A stretch of 64,000 nucleotides of DNA, from the NCBI GenBank assembly GCA_963845065.1, contig CAWJQQ010000002.1, positions 1 through 64,000 on the forward strand. The letters are read 5' to 3'. Made by a program: the position numbers and the translations under genes. Under the pieces are notes generated by a model that saw only the letters and a list, made by a program, of their open reading frames with translations, was not told the DNA's origin and did not search any database. Positions 29,742-40,160 of the stretch are shown here, in pieces. This stretch comes from Nitrospirota bacterium (GTDB lineage Bacteria > Nitrospirota > UBA9217). Each line of letters begins with the position of its first letter. Position 1 is the stretch's first letter.

Positions 29742-32624
29742 ATGATACCTCTACTACCGACTAAGGCAAACGAGACTGACAAGCCTCTCACTATCTTCAA
29801 GATAGTAAGTGGTGCGGTCATTCTAAACGTTATCATAATCGGGCTTGCGGCAATAACGATTGTGCAGAGCTATTATCTACACGAGAAAGAAAGCGCTACT
29901 GAATCCCACAATTTGGCGGAGGTCATCCAACAAGAATGCAACGGCTTGATTGATACTGTAGATATGGCCCTATTCCAAGTAAAGGATGAAGCGGAAAGGC
30001 AACTTGCTGACCATGGTCTCAATTATAAAATGCTCGATAAGTATATCGACCAAGTGCGTAAACGTGTTATTAGGCTTTCATATTTACGCATGACTGACGC
30101 ACAAGGGAATATTATTCTGGGCTATGAGAATTCAGAGCAGAGGAAAGCAAATATTAATGATCGTGACTATTTTAAACAACTCAGCATGGACGCTAATGCT
30201 GGTCTGATCATATCAAAACCAATTATAAGCCGCCTAGGCGGTGACTGGGTCATCACATTTGCACGACGCATTAATCATAAAGATGGCTCATTTGCGGGAA
30301 TCGTGTTGGGATCAATCGGCTTGAGACATTTCGTGTCCATGTTTGCCAAGATAGATTTAGGTGCGCATGGCAACATAGCGATGACAGATAAGGATATGGG
30401 TCTTATTGCGCGCTTTCCGACCCGTGGGGAAATTGGGAGGGAGATAGGTACAAAATTCAAGTCTGCTAAACTTATTGAGATGCTAAGGACGAATAAAATT
30501 GAGGGTACTTACGAGGCGCGCAGCAGTGTTGACGGTATCCTGCGCATATATTCTTATAAAGAGATAGCAGACCATCCTTTATATATATTTGCCGGTGTCG
30601 CGCCTGAAGATTTTCTTGCACAATGGAAAAAAGAAACTACAGCAATTGGTTCAGGTCTAATTGTATTCTGGCTTCTATTGTACATCCTCTTGAAGCGCAT
30701 TACTAAACAGTTAACTGAGCAAAAAATAGCTGAAGCAGCACTCAAAGAGAGCAGGGAGCAACTTAGAACGGTAGTGGAGAAAAGTCCTTTTTCTATGGGC
30801 TTGGTGAACATGAGGGGGGATATAGAATATATCAACCTTAAGGCTATTGAGACCTTCGGATATTTGCCTCAGGATATTCCAAATATGGATAGATGGTGGG
30901 AGCAGGCTTACCCGGATAAGACCTATCGTGATCAAGTTATAAATCAGTGGATGGGGCTCGTCAATGAAGCTCTTCTTAATAAACATGAAATTGAAAAGCG
31001 GGAATACCGTGTTACTTGCAAGGATGGCGCCGTCAAGATTGTATCAATATTTGGTGTTTGGGTAGGTGACAAAGTTCTTGCCGTTTTCGACGACATCACG
31101 AAACGCAAGCAAGCAGAGGATGCATTGCAATCATCTGAATTACGCTTCCGAAACGTTATTGAAAAGGCGAGCATTGGGATACAGATTGCTGATGTTGAGA
31201 CCAAACGGATTATTTATTCAAATCCAGAAATCTGTCGGATACTTGGCTATACCGAACAGGACCTTCGGTCTTATTTGGTCACGGATCTCGCGGTTGATGA
31301 TGAACCGCTGAAGCCGGAGGAAGATTTTAGTCAACATGCCAAAAGGGAATTGCACACATCAGAAAGAACATTCAGACGAAAAGATGGTTCTCTCATAAAG
31401 ATGAGTATTCATAGTATTCCTATGGAGATAGACGGTCGACAATGCCTTGTGGGGTTCTTATCTGATATTTCAGAAAAGCACCTCCTTGATGAGGAGCGTC
31501 TTAAAACCCAAAAGCTTGAAGCGATTGGAACACTTGCGGGCGGAATTGCTCACGATTTCAACAACCTTCTACAAGGTGTTTTTGGCTATATCTCCCTCGC
31601 AAGGCTGAGAATGAATGAGCGTGATAAAAGTATTGCGGCACTTGAGGAAGCCGAGAATGCCCTTCACCAAGCTGTTAATCTTACCACCCAGCTTTTGACT
31701 TTCTCTAAGGGAGGCAAACCAACCAAGAAACTGATTGATCTTCGGCCAATCATTGAAAGCTCCGCAAAGTTCACGTTAAGCGGCTCTCGCTCCGATCTCC
31801 GGCTAAGCATACTGGAAGACTTGTGGCAGACAGAAGCTGACGAAGGCCAACTGGGCCAGGTCATCCAGAACATTGTACTAAACGCTGACCAGTCCATGCC
31901 GATTGGCGGAACAATTATGATAACAGCAAAAAATGTCACTGAAGGCGATGCATCGTTACCCATCGGACTCTCAAAGGGTAACTACGTCATGATAGAAATT
32001 CAAGATACTGGTTCTGGTATCCCAGATAAGTATTTTTCCAAGATATTTGATCCCTATTTTACTACCAAAGAAAAGGGTAGCGGGCTGGGACTGGCAACTT
32101 CCTATTCAATCATCAAAAATCACGGCGGCATGATCAATGTCAGGACCAAATATGGCGAAGGAAGCACATTCATGATCTATCTTCCCGCAACCGCCGGTGA
32201 GGTTCAGGCAGAATCTGCAGAAAAGCAGCAACCTACCCAATCGAAGAAAGCAAAGGTCCTCGTTATGGATGATGAGGAGATCATCAGGAATCTCAGCAGC
32301 GAACTGCTCAGTGTTCTGGGTCATGACGTTGAAGTAGCAAAACATGGCCAAGAAGCACTCGAAAAGTATCAAAGTGCAATTTCAGTGGGAAATCCGTTTG
32401 ACGTCGTTATCCTGGACCTTACGATAAAGGGTGGGATGGGTGGTGTAGAAACAGTTCAGAAGCTGCTCAAAATGGATCCTCAGGCGAAAGCCGTTGTGTC
32501 CAGCGGCTACTCCGATGATGCGGTAACGGCAGATTATCTTTTACACGGGTTCAAGGCGTCTTTGAAAAAACCCTATAATGTTGACGCACTAAAAAATTTG
32601 TTGGATAAGCTGCTTGTCAGCTAA
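29742..32624 (+). CDS. Membrane hybrid histidine kinase (dCache-2xPAS-HisKA-HATPase-REC)
   Basis: Two TM helices, DRDYF Cache motif, AHDFNNLL, FTTKEKGSGLGL, receiver domain. Confidence 0.95.
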   Translation: MIPLLPTKANETDKPLTIFKIVSGAVILNVIIIGLAAITIVQSYYLHEKESATESHNLAEVIQQECNGLIDTVDMALFQVKDEAERQLADHGLNYKMLDKYIDQVRKRVIRLSYLRMTDAQGNIILGYENSEQRKANINDRDYFKQLSMDANAGLIISKPIISRLGGDWVITFARRINHKDGSFAGIVLGSIGLRHFVSMFAKIDLGAHGNIAMTDKDMGLIARFPTRGEIGREIGTKFKSAKLIEMLRTNKIEGTYEARSSVDGILRIYSYKEIADHPLYIFAGVAPEDFLAQWKKETTAIGSGLIVFWLLLYILLKRITKQLTEQKIAEAALKESREQLRTVVEKSPFSMGLVNMRGDIEYINLKAIETFGYLPQDIPNMDRWWEQAYPDKTYRDQVINQWMGLVNEALLNKHEIEKREYRVTCKDGAVKIVSIFGVWVGDKVLAVFDDITKRKQAEDALQSSELRFRNVIEKASIGIQIADVETKRIIYSNPEICRILGYTEQDLRSYLVTDLAVDDEPLKPEEDFSQHAKRELHTSERTFRRKDGSLIKMSIHSIPMEIDGRQCLVGFLSDISEKHLLDEERLKTQKLEAIGTLAGGIAHDFNNLLQGVFGYISLARLRMNERDKSIAALEEAENALHQAVNLTTQLLTFSKGGKPTKKLIDLRPIIESSAKFTLSGSRSDLRLSILEDLWQTEADEGQLGQVIQNIVLNADQSMPIGGTIMITAKNVTEGDASLPIGLSKGNYVMIEIQDTGSGIPDKYFSKIFDPYFTTKEKGSGLGLATSYSIIKNHGGMINVRTKYGEGSTFMIYLPATAGEVQAESAEKQQPTQSKKAKVLVMDDEEIIRNLSSELLSVLGHDVEVAKHGQEALEKYQSAISVGNPFDVVILDLTIKGGMGGVETVQKLLKMDPQAKAVVSSGYSDDAVTADYLLHGFKASLKKPYNVDALKNLLDKLLVS

Positions 32625-32627
32625 TAT

Positions 32628-32755
32628 ATGAACTCTCCCGCCACTAAACCGCTTGCGCAATTGTAGTGGGGTTTCACAATTCGATGATGGATGCGCGCTG
32701 CAGACAGTGGCCCACAACTCGTCTAATTCCATCTCGCCGCCGTTACTTCGGGCTG
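32628..32755 (-). ncRNA. Orphan omega-RNA/right-end remnant of the 14047-16027 IS605 element
   Basis: Near-identical to 14047-14177; no tnpB; preceded by TTGAA on the minus strand. Confidence 0.7.
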
Positions 32756-32845
32756 TTCAACCTGTATTCTGCATTGATAATCCGTTAACACTGCTACAAG
32801 ATATAGACTGTGAAGTCGTTGTTGCTTGACTCAAAGAATTAAACA

Positions 32846-32881
32846 AAAGGCTTAGGATTTTCTCAGTTCTAAGCCTTTTTT
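32846..32881. terminator. Bidirectional terminator-like hairpin
   Basis: aaaaggcttag...ctaagccttttt. Confidence 0.6.
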
Positions 32882-33094
32882 CTTAAGATTCATTTTCTGT
32901 GAGAATTTATTTCAGCTTCTGAGCTTCAAATTTCACCTTCTGTGAGAATTTACAGTTCTTGGTTTTCCTCTTCAGTGTCGAGTTGCTCTCCAGCGCTATC
33001 ATATTATATGTAGGATATCCTTCACCCAATGAAGCATAGGCTTCATCGAAAAAATCACGCTCTGAGAACCATCTGATTTGACAAAGGAAAAATA

Positions 33095-33110
33095 CGGTAT
33101 GCAAATTGCA
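33095..33110 (+). promoter_or_regulatory. Sigma-54 promoter
   Basis: CGG-TATGCAAATT-GCA about 48 bp before the ATG at 33158. Confidence 0.6.
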
Positions 33111-33157
33111 ATATTTAAGTAAATTATTTGTATAACAATCAAAGGAGGATCGGAAAG

Positions 33158-33556
33158 ATGCAAAAGAGCTTTTATGTGGTTCTGGCAGGTGCAATGGTGT
33201 TGTCTCTAGTCGTAGGTTGTTCAAAAGGGTACGTTTCACAAAAAACGGTGGACAACATGAATATTACGCTCAAAGCAGAACGGTACCCGCTGATAAAAGG
33301 TGACAACGCCTTGTCTGTCAACGTGGCTGATTCGTCGGGAAAACCCGTGGGCGACGCCATGGTGATGGCGCGTTACTATATGCCGGCCATGCCCGGTATG
33401 GCGCCCATGGAATACAATACCATGGCCCAGGCGAAAGGCAAGGAATATACATTAACCGCCAATGTCCCGATGGAGGGCGGCTGGAAGGTTGACGTTACGG
33501 CAACGCAGCCGGGGAAACCAGCGGTCACTGCGACGTTCAATGTCGATGCCAGGTAG
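33158..33556 (+). CDS. FixH/YtkA-like lipoprotein
   Basis: Lipobox VVGC, YYMPAMPGMAPM, MEGGWKV. Confidence 0.8.
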   Translation: MQKSFYVVLAGAMVLSLVVGCSKGYVSQKTVDNMNITLKAERYPLIKGDNALSVNVADSSGKPVGDAMVMARYYMPAMPGMAPMEYNTMAQAKGKEYTLTANVPMEGGWKVDVTATQPGKPAVTATFNVDAR

Positions 33557-33583
33557 TCTGCAGTCAATCTCAAGGAGAATGTC

Positions 33584-34009
33584 ATGAATAAATTGCTTTT
33601 AAGCGCAATAGCAGTAGTTGGACTTACGGCCGCAACAGCATTTGCCCAGATGGGTGGTCAGGGAGGACCAGGACAGCAAGGTCCGCAGGGAGGAATGATG
33701 GGGTCCCAGCAATCTCAACAAATGATGGGCAACCAGATGATGACCCAGGATATGATGCGTGATATGGCTGGAATGATGCAACAGATGAATGGCGTGATGG
33801 GGAAACTGTCGGGATTCATGGAACACAGCGGCAGCATGAATCACGGCAAGATGATGAATTTGTCCAAGATGATGGGAGAGATGTCCGCAAATATGAAGGA
33901 TATGTCAGAGCGAATGTCGTATGGCAAGATGGATACCGCGCATATGAAAATAATGCAGGAACGGATGCAGAACATAGAACATATGATGGGAACCATCGAA
34001 AAAGAGTAG
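33584..34009 (+). CDS. Met-rich periplasmic protein
   Basis: Signal peptide AFA-Q; very high Met content. Confidence 0.75.
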   Translation: MNKLLLSAIAVVGLTAATAFAQMGGQGGPGQQGPQGGMMGSQQSQQMMGNQMMTQDMMRDMAGMMQQMNGVMGKLSGFMEHSGSMNHGKMMNLSKMMGEMSANMKDMSERMSYGKMDTAHMKIMQERMQNIEHMMGTIEKE

Positions 34010-34032
34010 AAATAATATAAAAGAGGTCGATT

Positions 34033-34266
34033 ATGATGAATTGGGGTAATTACGGATGGGGGATGGGATTCGGGTGGATCTTCATGCTTCTGTTCTGGGC
34101 ACTGGTTATTTTCGGGATCGTGTATATAGCCCAGACTATATCGCGGAGGGCCGGGCAGTCAGGGACAAAAGAGACTCCTCTCGACATTCTGAAGAAAAGA
34201 TACGCTAAAGGAGAGATAACCAAAGAAGAATTCGAGCGAATGAAGGACGATATCCTAAAATCCTGA
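34033..34266 (+). CDS. SHOCT-domain membrane protein
   Basis: GWGMGFGWIFM..PLDILKKRYAKGEITKEEFE. Confidence 0.85.
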   Translation: MMNWGNYGWGMGFGWIFMLLFWALVIFGIVYIAQTISRRAGQSGTKETPLDILKKRYAKGEITKEEFERMKDDILKS

Positions 34267-34914
34267 AGAGGCGGCTTCTGGTATGAAGTTAATGATCACC
34301 CGACGGATATGTCGATGTTCGTAGCAACATTGGGAGAAAACGCAATGCGAAAGATTCTGATTCAGAAGAAGCAAAAACTACTTGAAGAGTCGATTTAATA
34401 AATTATGAAACCAACATCATAAATAGCGGCAAAAATCACAGTCATACTACCATACTAAAGACTTAGAGAATAATAGTAGCATTTCGCTTAAATAATTGGC
34501 TTAGTTCGCTCAGAGTTGCAATATATGAAAACTATTAGCAGAACGCTGCTGTTCGTATAATAGGGAGCAATCGACTGCAAGATAATACAGGGTCTTACTT
34601 TTCAGCGTCCGATTTTTTGTTTCGGGATTGCAGTTTCGTCACAGAACCAGTCTTACGTAGAGCCAATTCCCTCACGTCAAGCCATTGTTCTTCCCGGAGT
34701 AAATTCCAATAATCAGTCATGTTTCAAGGATGATTCTTTCACGGCTATCCTGTGCTTACAGCCGATAATTATCATGCATCGGAGTATCACAAATAGATGA
34801 GATTACATTAGGGGATTACTCGTTGTAAAGTTTTTTGTAACTTATTCGTCGTTGCTACGTCTTATTCACAATTGCAGCAAAAAAAATTAGTTTAACTTAT
34901 GGAGGATATACTTA

Positions 34915-36735
34915 ATGCGAAAGCATAAGAGATTCAAGGTAATGTTCGTTCTCACTCTTTTAATCGGCTCATTGTCGCTTCTTTTTGGTTGCGGCGGAGG
35001 AAGCGGCAGCGGTGTAACAAATCCAGTGGGAAATGGCGGAAGCACCGGCACTAATGGAATGATTAGTGGCACAGCAGTCAAGGGACCGATTAGCGGAGGG
35101 ACAGTAACGGCATATGCCATCACTAATGGAACCATGGGCATGCAACTGGCCAGCGGAACGACGGATAGTCAAGGAAATTTCAATATGTCAATCGGTGACT
35201 ACGCGGGCTCCGTTATGCTTCAGATGAGCGGTGGAACATACGTGGATGAGGCAACGGGAGTCACGGAGACCATGACTCCCGGCGATGTGATGACGGCCAT
35301 GATGACATCATTATCTACCGGTACGACGGTTACGGGAATTCAGATAACCCCCCTCACCTCCATGGCCCAGGCAGTGGCGAATAATATGGCGGGCGGTATG
35401 ACGGGTATAAATATCACCGCAGCGAACACGGCAATAGGCAATTACTTCATGGTAAACGACATCCTGCATACACAGCCCATGAACCCGCTGGTGTCCGGTT
35501 CAAGCACCACCGCGACCCAGGACATGAGGAACTACGGGATGGCAATAGCCGCCATGACGCAGTATGCAAGAAACATCGGGATGACGTCCTCGTCCGGCAT
35601 TGTCACCTCGATGATGAATGATGCATCGGATGGGGTCTTGAACGGCATGATGGGAAACACTCAGATAACTATGGGCGGTGTCGCTGGCGGCATGATGGGT
35701 GGCGGTACAATGATGCAGCCAACGGCCGGGACTACCGGATTGTCAACTGCGATGACGCAATTCATAGGATCAGCACTGAACCAGTCCGGGCTAACGCTTT
35801 CCGACATGCAGACACTTATGGACCACTTAAGCTCATCAAATGGACAGCTCCTGGGAACTGGTGGAGTTGTGACCGGTGGTACCGGGACTGGCGGAATAAT
35901 AACTGGCGGTACAGGGTCCGGTGGACCGATGATGAGTGGATTGATCAGCGGGACGGCATTTAATGGACCCATGGCAGATGGAACGGTAATGGCATTCGCA
36001 ATCAACAATGGGACAATGGGTGCGCAACTCTCAAGCGGAGCGACGGACACTCAGGGTAACTTTACAATGTCCCTTGGCAATTACTCCGGCCCCATTATGC
36101 TTCAGATGACTGGAACATATACGGATTTAGCGACAGGCACAACGATGACTATGACTGCGGTCAACGAAATGACCGCTATTATACCATCGATATCGACCGG
36201 CGCTACGATAACTGGAATTCAAATAACCCCTCTCACTTCCATGGCCCAGGCGATGGCGAATTATATGACGGGCGGCATGACGGATGCTAATATCATCGCA
36301 GCGAACACTGCAATAGGAAATTACTTCATCGTGTCCGATATTCTCTATACTCAGCCAATGAATCCGCTGGTTCCGGGGTCGGGAACTGTCGCAACTCAAA
36401 ACATGATGGATTATGGGGTTACGATAGCCGCCATGTCTCAGTACGCGAAGAATATCGGGTTAACTAACTCATCAGTAGTAATAACAGCAATGATGAACGA
36501 TGCGTCGGATGGGATCATGAACGGCAAGATAGGGAACACCCAGATAACAATGGGTGGTATGGGCGGTGGCATGATGGGCGGCGGTGGCACCATGATGCAG
36601 GCTAATGCGGGAACAAGCGGATTGGCAACTGCAATCACGGATTTCCTGGGGTCAGCGGCAAACAAATCAGGCCTTACAGCTACAGACCTTCACACTCTCA
36701 TCAGTCTGTTGAGCACGACCAATGGAGTTATCTGA
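34915..36735 (+). CDS. Met/Gly/Thr-rich lipoprotein with an internal domain duplication
   Basis: Lipobox LFGC-GGG; two homologous halves starting ISGTAVKGP / ISGTAFNGP. Confidence 0.85.
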   Translation: MRKHKRFKVMFVLTLLIGSLSLLFGCGGGSGSGVTNPVGNGGSTGTNGMISGTAVKGPISGGTVTAYAITNGTMGMQLASGTTDSQGNFNMSIGDYAGSVMLQMSGGTYVDEATGVTETMTPGDVMTAMMTSLSTGTTVTGIQITPLTSMAQAVANNMAGGMTGINITAANTAIGNYFMVNDILHTQPMNPLVSGSSTTATQDMRNYGMAIAAMTQYARNIGMTSSSGIVTSMMNDASDGVLNGMMGNTQITMGGVAGGMMGGGTMMQPTAGTTGLSTAMTQFIGSALNQSGLTLSDMQTLMDHLSSSNGQLLGTGGVVTGGTGTGGIITGGTGSGGPMMSGLISGTAFNGPMADGTVMAFAINNGTMGAQLSSGATDTQGNFTMSLGNYSGPIMLQMTGTYTDLATGTTMTMTAVNEMTAIIPSISTGATITGIQITPLTSMAQAMANYMTGGMTDANIIAANTAIGNYFIVSDILYTQPMNPLVPGSGTVATQNMMDYGVTIAAMSQYAKNIGLTNSSVVITAMMNDASDGIMNGKIGNTQITMGGMGGGMMGGGGTMMQANAGTSGLATAITDFLGSAANKSGLTATDLHTLISLLSTTNGVI

Positions 36736-36971
36736 TGCGTCCTTGCACGGTTTCCTAGCGCAGTATAGTAAACTCCCATAAGTTTACGGCAGCCGGTCGA
36801 CATCCTCCCCTTCCGTGAGGCCGGGGAGGATGTCAACTACTTAAAGAATGTTAAATATTTGCAAACACTTCTTGACAATTATATAAAAACATAATAATAT
36901 TTGAATATATTTATGTAATATAGCCTTCGCATAAGACAATCCTATCCTTAAGATAAAGGAGAACGAGCAAT

Positions 36972-37313
36972 TTGATCCCGGTAGAGAAAAGGATAGATCT
37001 CCTCAAAGTAATTGCCCACCCCATTCGCATCAAAATACTCGAAGACCTTATGCATGGTGTGAAATGCGTGAGCGACTTCGAGGAATCTCTCGACATTAGC
37101 CAGCCTAACGTATCACAACATTTGACACTTCTTCGGACGAATGGAATTGTCGATTTCTTCGTTGACGGCAGGCTCAAGTGCTACTTTCTGAAAGAGCCCT
37201 TCATCCCCGACCTCCTCGAAATTCTCAAAAAACAATATGAAGAAGATATCCCCGCTCCTGCTTGTTGTCCAGTAACGAAAAAAGGCACCTACCCCGGTGA
37301 AAGGAGACGATAA
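36972..37313 (+). CDS. ArsR/SmtB family regulator
   Basis: LKVIAHPIRIKIL, ISQPNVSQHL, C-terminal ACCP. Confidence 0.9.
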   Translation: MIPVEKRIDLLKVIAHPIRIKILEDLMHGVKCVSDFEESLDISQPNVSQHLTLLRTNGIVDFFVDGRLKCYFLKEPFIPDLLEILKKQYEEDIPAPACCPVTKKGTYPGERRR

Positions 37314-37341
37314 TCTGTAGGAAGAAACACTCCATTACTCT

Positions 37342-37473
37342 AATGGGAAAATATTCGCCTGCGGCACCTATCCCAAGCTTCGCAATACATGGCGGACAGA
37401 TGTCTATCCCTTGGCGTAGCTCAAAGACGTGCACGTGATCATCAAAGAAGGCGACGGGGTTTTGACATTTTAA
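37342..37473 (+). pseudogene. DsrE-family C-terminal remnant
   Basis: GKIFACGT..KLR..PLA*LKDVHVIIKEGDGVLTF; no N-terminus. Confidence 0.6.
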
Positions 37474-37492
37474 CTTCAGTGAGGAGGCCACT

Positions 37493-37837
37493 ATGCAAAA
37501 AGAGATTGTAATGTTTCTTTCCACGACACCCTACACATTTGAAAATACGCATACTATTTTCAAACTGGCGGATGCTGCTCTGAAGAAAGGGCACCGGGCC
37601 AGACTTATTGCCACGGGTGACGGCGTTTTCTCCATTGTGAAAGGACAGGTCCCTCAGGCGCTTTCAACGCTGGTAGACCTTGTGGGAAAGGGCCTTAAGG
37701 TTGATATCTGAACAGGCTGCATGAAAAGCCGCGGTCTTGCGGCTGATGATTCCGTTGAGGGCGGTGAAATGAGCTCGCTGAAGGGTCTTTTCAATGTTGT
37801 GAAGTCAAAGCCCGTATTTTTAAATTTCGGCATCTAA
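37493..37837 (+). CDS. DsrE/TusD-like sulfur carrier, predicted selenoprotein (UGA 37709-37711)
   Basis: Read-through gives VDI-U-TGCMKSRGL..FLNFGI, 114 aa; U at the DsrE active Cys position; hairpin follows. Confidence 0.85.
37727..37744 (+). promoter_or_regulatory. Putative bacterial SECIS hairpin
   Basis: agccgc-ggtctt-gcggct starting 16 nt after the UGA, with a G-initiated loop. Confidence 0.7.
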
Positions 37838-37847
37838 GGAGACGATT

Positions 37848-38201
37848 ATGGGGAGCATTAGTATAATTTTAAGAAGGCCGCCGTACGGGACTGTCGATGC
37901 CTCGGAGGCGATCCGCCATGCGCTCGGGGGGGTGTCCGAAGAGTTGGAAGTAAAATTGCTCCTTGTTGACGGCGGGGTGCATGCGGCGAGAAAGGGACAG
38001 GACGTATCCCAGACGAAGTATTTGAATGCAGGAGACGGCATTCGGGATTGCATTGACATGGGTGTTGCCGTCTATGCTGATGAAACGTCATTGAAACGGG
38101 AACAAATCACTAATGATTGTATAATCGAGGGGGTCACGATTACAAATAGCGCAGAATTCGCCAATATCATCGGCAAAACAGATACAACAATGGTTTTTTA
38201 A
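37848..38201 (+). CDS. DsrF/TusC-like protein
   Basis: RRPPYGTVDASEAIR, LLVDGGV..KGQ. Confidence 0.8.
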   Translation: MGSISIILRRPPYGTVDASEAIRHALGGVSEELEVKLLLVDGGVHAARKGQDVSQTKYLNAGDGIRDCIDMGVAVYADETSLKREQITNDCIIEGVTITNSAEFANIIGKTDTTMVF

Positions 38202-38211
38202 GGAGACTATC

Positions 38212-38493
38212 ATGCTTGTAATCATCAAAAGCGCACCGGATACGACTGATGGAGCACGAGGCTTGAGCATTGCGAAGGAAGGCGGGGCTGAGCTTATCCT
38301 ACTGCAAAACGGGGTCTATTTCGCGCAAAAGGGCCGGCTTGGATCTTTTCTCAGCGCGGTGTATGTGCTGGATGATGACAAGAAGCTCCGAGGTCTCAAG
38401 GATTCGGAATTAGATGTCCGAGCTAAAATCATCGACTATGACAAACTTACGGACATTATTACGGGTGGAGATAAGGTTGCCGGTATGTTCTAA
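38212..38493 (+). CDS. DsrH/TusB-like protein
   Basis: LILLQNGVY, YVLDDD.KLRGL, IDYDKL. Confidence 0.8.
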   Translation: MLVIIKSAPDTTDGARGLSIAKEGGAELILLQNGVYFAQKGRLGSFLSAVYVLDDDKKLRGLKDSELDVRAKIIDYDKLTDIITGGDKVAGMF

Positions 38494-38520
38494 CTTTTGA
38501 AGTACTTGCAGGAGATAACT

Positions 38521-39711
38521 ATGGCGAGGATCGTTGTTTTAGGGGGATCGTTTGGGGGATTGACGGCTGCCCTTGAGCTGAAGCGATTGCTTGGCAAGAA
38601 CGCAGACGTAACAGTAGTGAGCAGTGATGACCGGTTTGTATTCCTGCCGTCGCTGCCTTGGCTCGTCATGGGCTGGCGAAGGCCGGAGGACATTACGCTC
38701 AAGGTGAGTGAAATCCTGAAGCCTAAAGGAATTGACTTTGTCCATGATGCTGCAAAAGAGGTTAATGCTAGCGCATCCAAGGTTATTACTTCCAAAGGGC
38801 GAGAACTTCCCTATGATCATCTTGTTATATCCACTGGTCCCTATCTTTCCTTTGACGAAATCCCCGGCCTCGGGCCGGACAAAGGATATACAGCATGCAC
38901 CTTTACTCTCGACCATGCGGTCAAGACGAGAGATAGCTGGAAGCGTGTCCTCGAAAACCCCGGGCCGATAGTCCTCGGGTCATCACAGATGGTGAGCTGC
39001 TTCGGCCCGTCTTACGAGCTCGCATTTGAAACGGACGCCGAACTCAGACGGCGAAAGATGCGACACAAAGTCCCCATCATCTATCTCACGTCGGAACCCT
39101 ATCTCGGGCACATGGGCGTCGGCGGGCTCGGCAATTCAAAAACCTTCATAGAGTACGAGTTCGCTGAACGGGACATTAAACCTATCGTGAGCCAGGCTAT
39201 CGAGGAAGTCACGCCGGGAGAGATTAAATTAAAGGACGGCACGAAGCTCCCGTTCAAACTCGCCATGATCGCGCCGCCATTCAAAGGGGTATCAGCAGTC
39301 GCACCACTCGGGAATCCGCGAGGCTTCATCCCCGTGGACAAGAATTACCGGCATACGAAACATAAGAATATATTTGCCATCGGTGTAACCATAGCGATTG
39401 CGCCACCGGAGGTTACTCCTGTGCCGACGGGTGTTCCAAAGACCGGTTTCATGACGGTCAAGATGGCGAAGACTGCTGCCGCGACCATTGCGTCCGATGT
39501 TACCGGGAAAACCCAACCCATCACTGATGAGCTTGGTGTGGTTTGTCTCATGGATATGGGTAATACTGCCGCACTGATGAAGGCGTATCCGTTGCTCCCG
39601 CCGAGACAGAGTTCCTATATGAAGAAGGCGATCTGGGCAAAATGGATGAAACTCGGATTCGAAAAGTATTTCTTGTGGAAGATGAAAATGGGGTTGAGCA
39701 ATCTACCATGA
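38521..39711 (+). CDS. sqr: Sulfide:quinone oxidoreductase family flavoprotein
   Basis: VVLGGSFGG, SCFGPSYE, GVPKTGFM, VCLMDMG (conserved cysteines). Confidence 0.85.
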   Translation: MARIVVLGGSFGGLTAALELKRLLGKNADVTVVSSDDRFVFLPSLPWLVMGWRRPEDITLKVSEILKPKGIDFVHDAAKEVNASASKVITSKGRELPYDHLVISTGPYLSFDEIPGLGPDKGYTACTFTLDHAVKTRDSWKRVLENPGPIVLGSSQMVSCFGPSYELAFETDAELRRRKMRHKVPIIYLTSEPYLGHMGVGGLGNSKTFIEYEFAERDIKPIVSQAIEEVTPGEIKLKDGTKLPFKLAMIAPPFKGVSAVAPLGNPRGFIPVDKNYRHTKHKNIFAIGVTIAIAPPEVTPVPTGVPKTGFMTVKMAKTAAATIASDVTGKTQPITDELGVVCLMDMGNTAALMKAYPLLPPRQSSYMKKAIWAKWMKLGFEKYFLWKMKMGLSNLP

Positions 39712-39870
39712 ATAATGAGATATTGGATTACCATTCACAGCTTTGTAATGAGGATTCCACTTAACTGATCCATCAAAAAGTAGTAATTTGGGGATTGCAT
39801 GTTATAATCAGAAGTCTTTGCCTTTGTCGGAATATCGACATTGCAACCTTGTAGGTGAAGGTTAGTTTCG

Positions 39871-39955
39871 TATAATATTGGTGAAGGTGTAAAATTCATT
39901 TTGTATCATGCATTTTGTGATAAGGTTTTCTGTCAACAGCATCATCCTGATGCAC
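39871..39955 (-). repeat. Dispersed promoter-like repeat, copy 2
   Basis: TTGACA on the minus strand at 39931-39936; homologous to 43844-43930. Confidence 0.7.
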
Positions 39956-40160
39956 ACGAAGTTTCCCTTCTTGAACCAAGGTAATATTCAACCAGTTTAT
40001 TGCAGTCAGCTACCTATTTTTTTCTCCATTCAGTAGCTTTGACATAACCTTGAATCAGGAATACAAAAGTTAATAAAGCAGTGCGAATACCTTGGGATGT
40101 TCATTGCTTAGCTGGATAACATGGGATTCGTGATATTGGACAGACCTGCTCAATTACTGG

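Noticed and set aside
34560..34640. Possible second GEMM riboswitch upstream of the Met-rich lipoprotein
   Set aside because: Only cagggtct and an actgcaa/ttgcagt stem are present; the AAACC and GGGACG-AAAG cores are missing
37417..37419. In-frame TAG as pyrrolysine or a recoded stop (also 16383, 48685)
   Set aside because: All lie in genes with other lesions, and TAG serves as a normal stop elsewhere in the window
39866..39893. dif/XerC-like half sites (ttcgtataat; also near 34552 and 45270)
   Set aside because: No XerD arm (ttatgttaaa) at the right spacing
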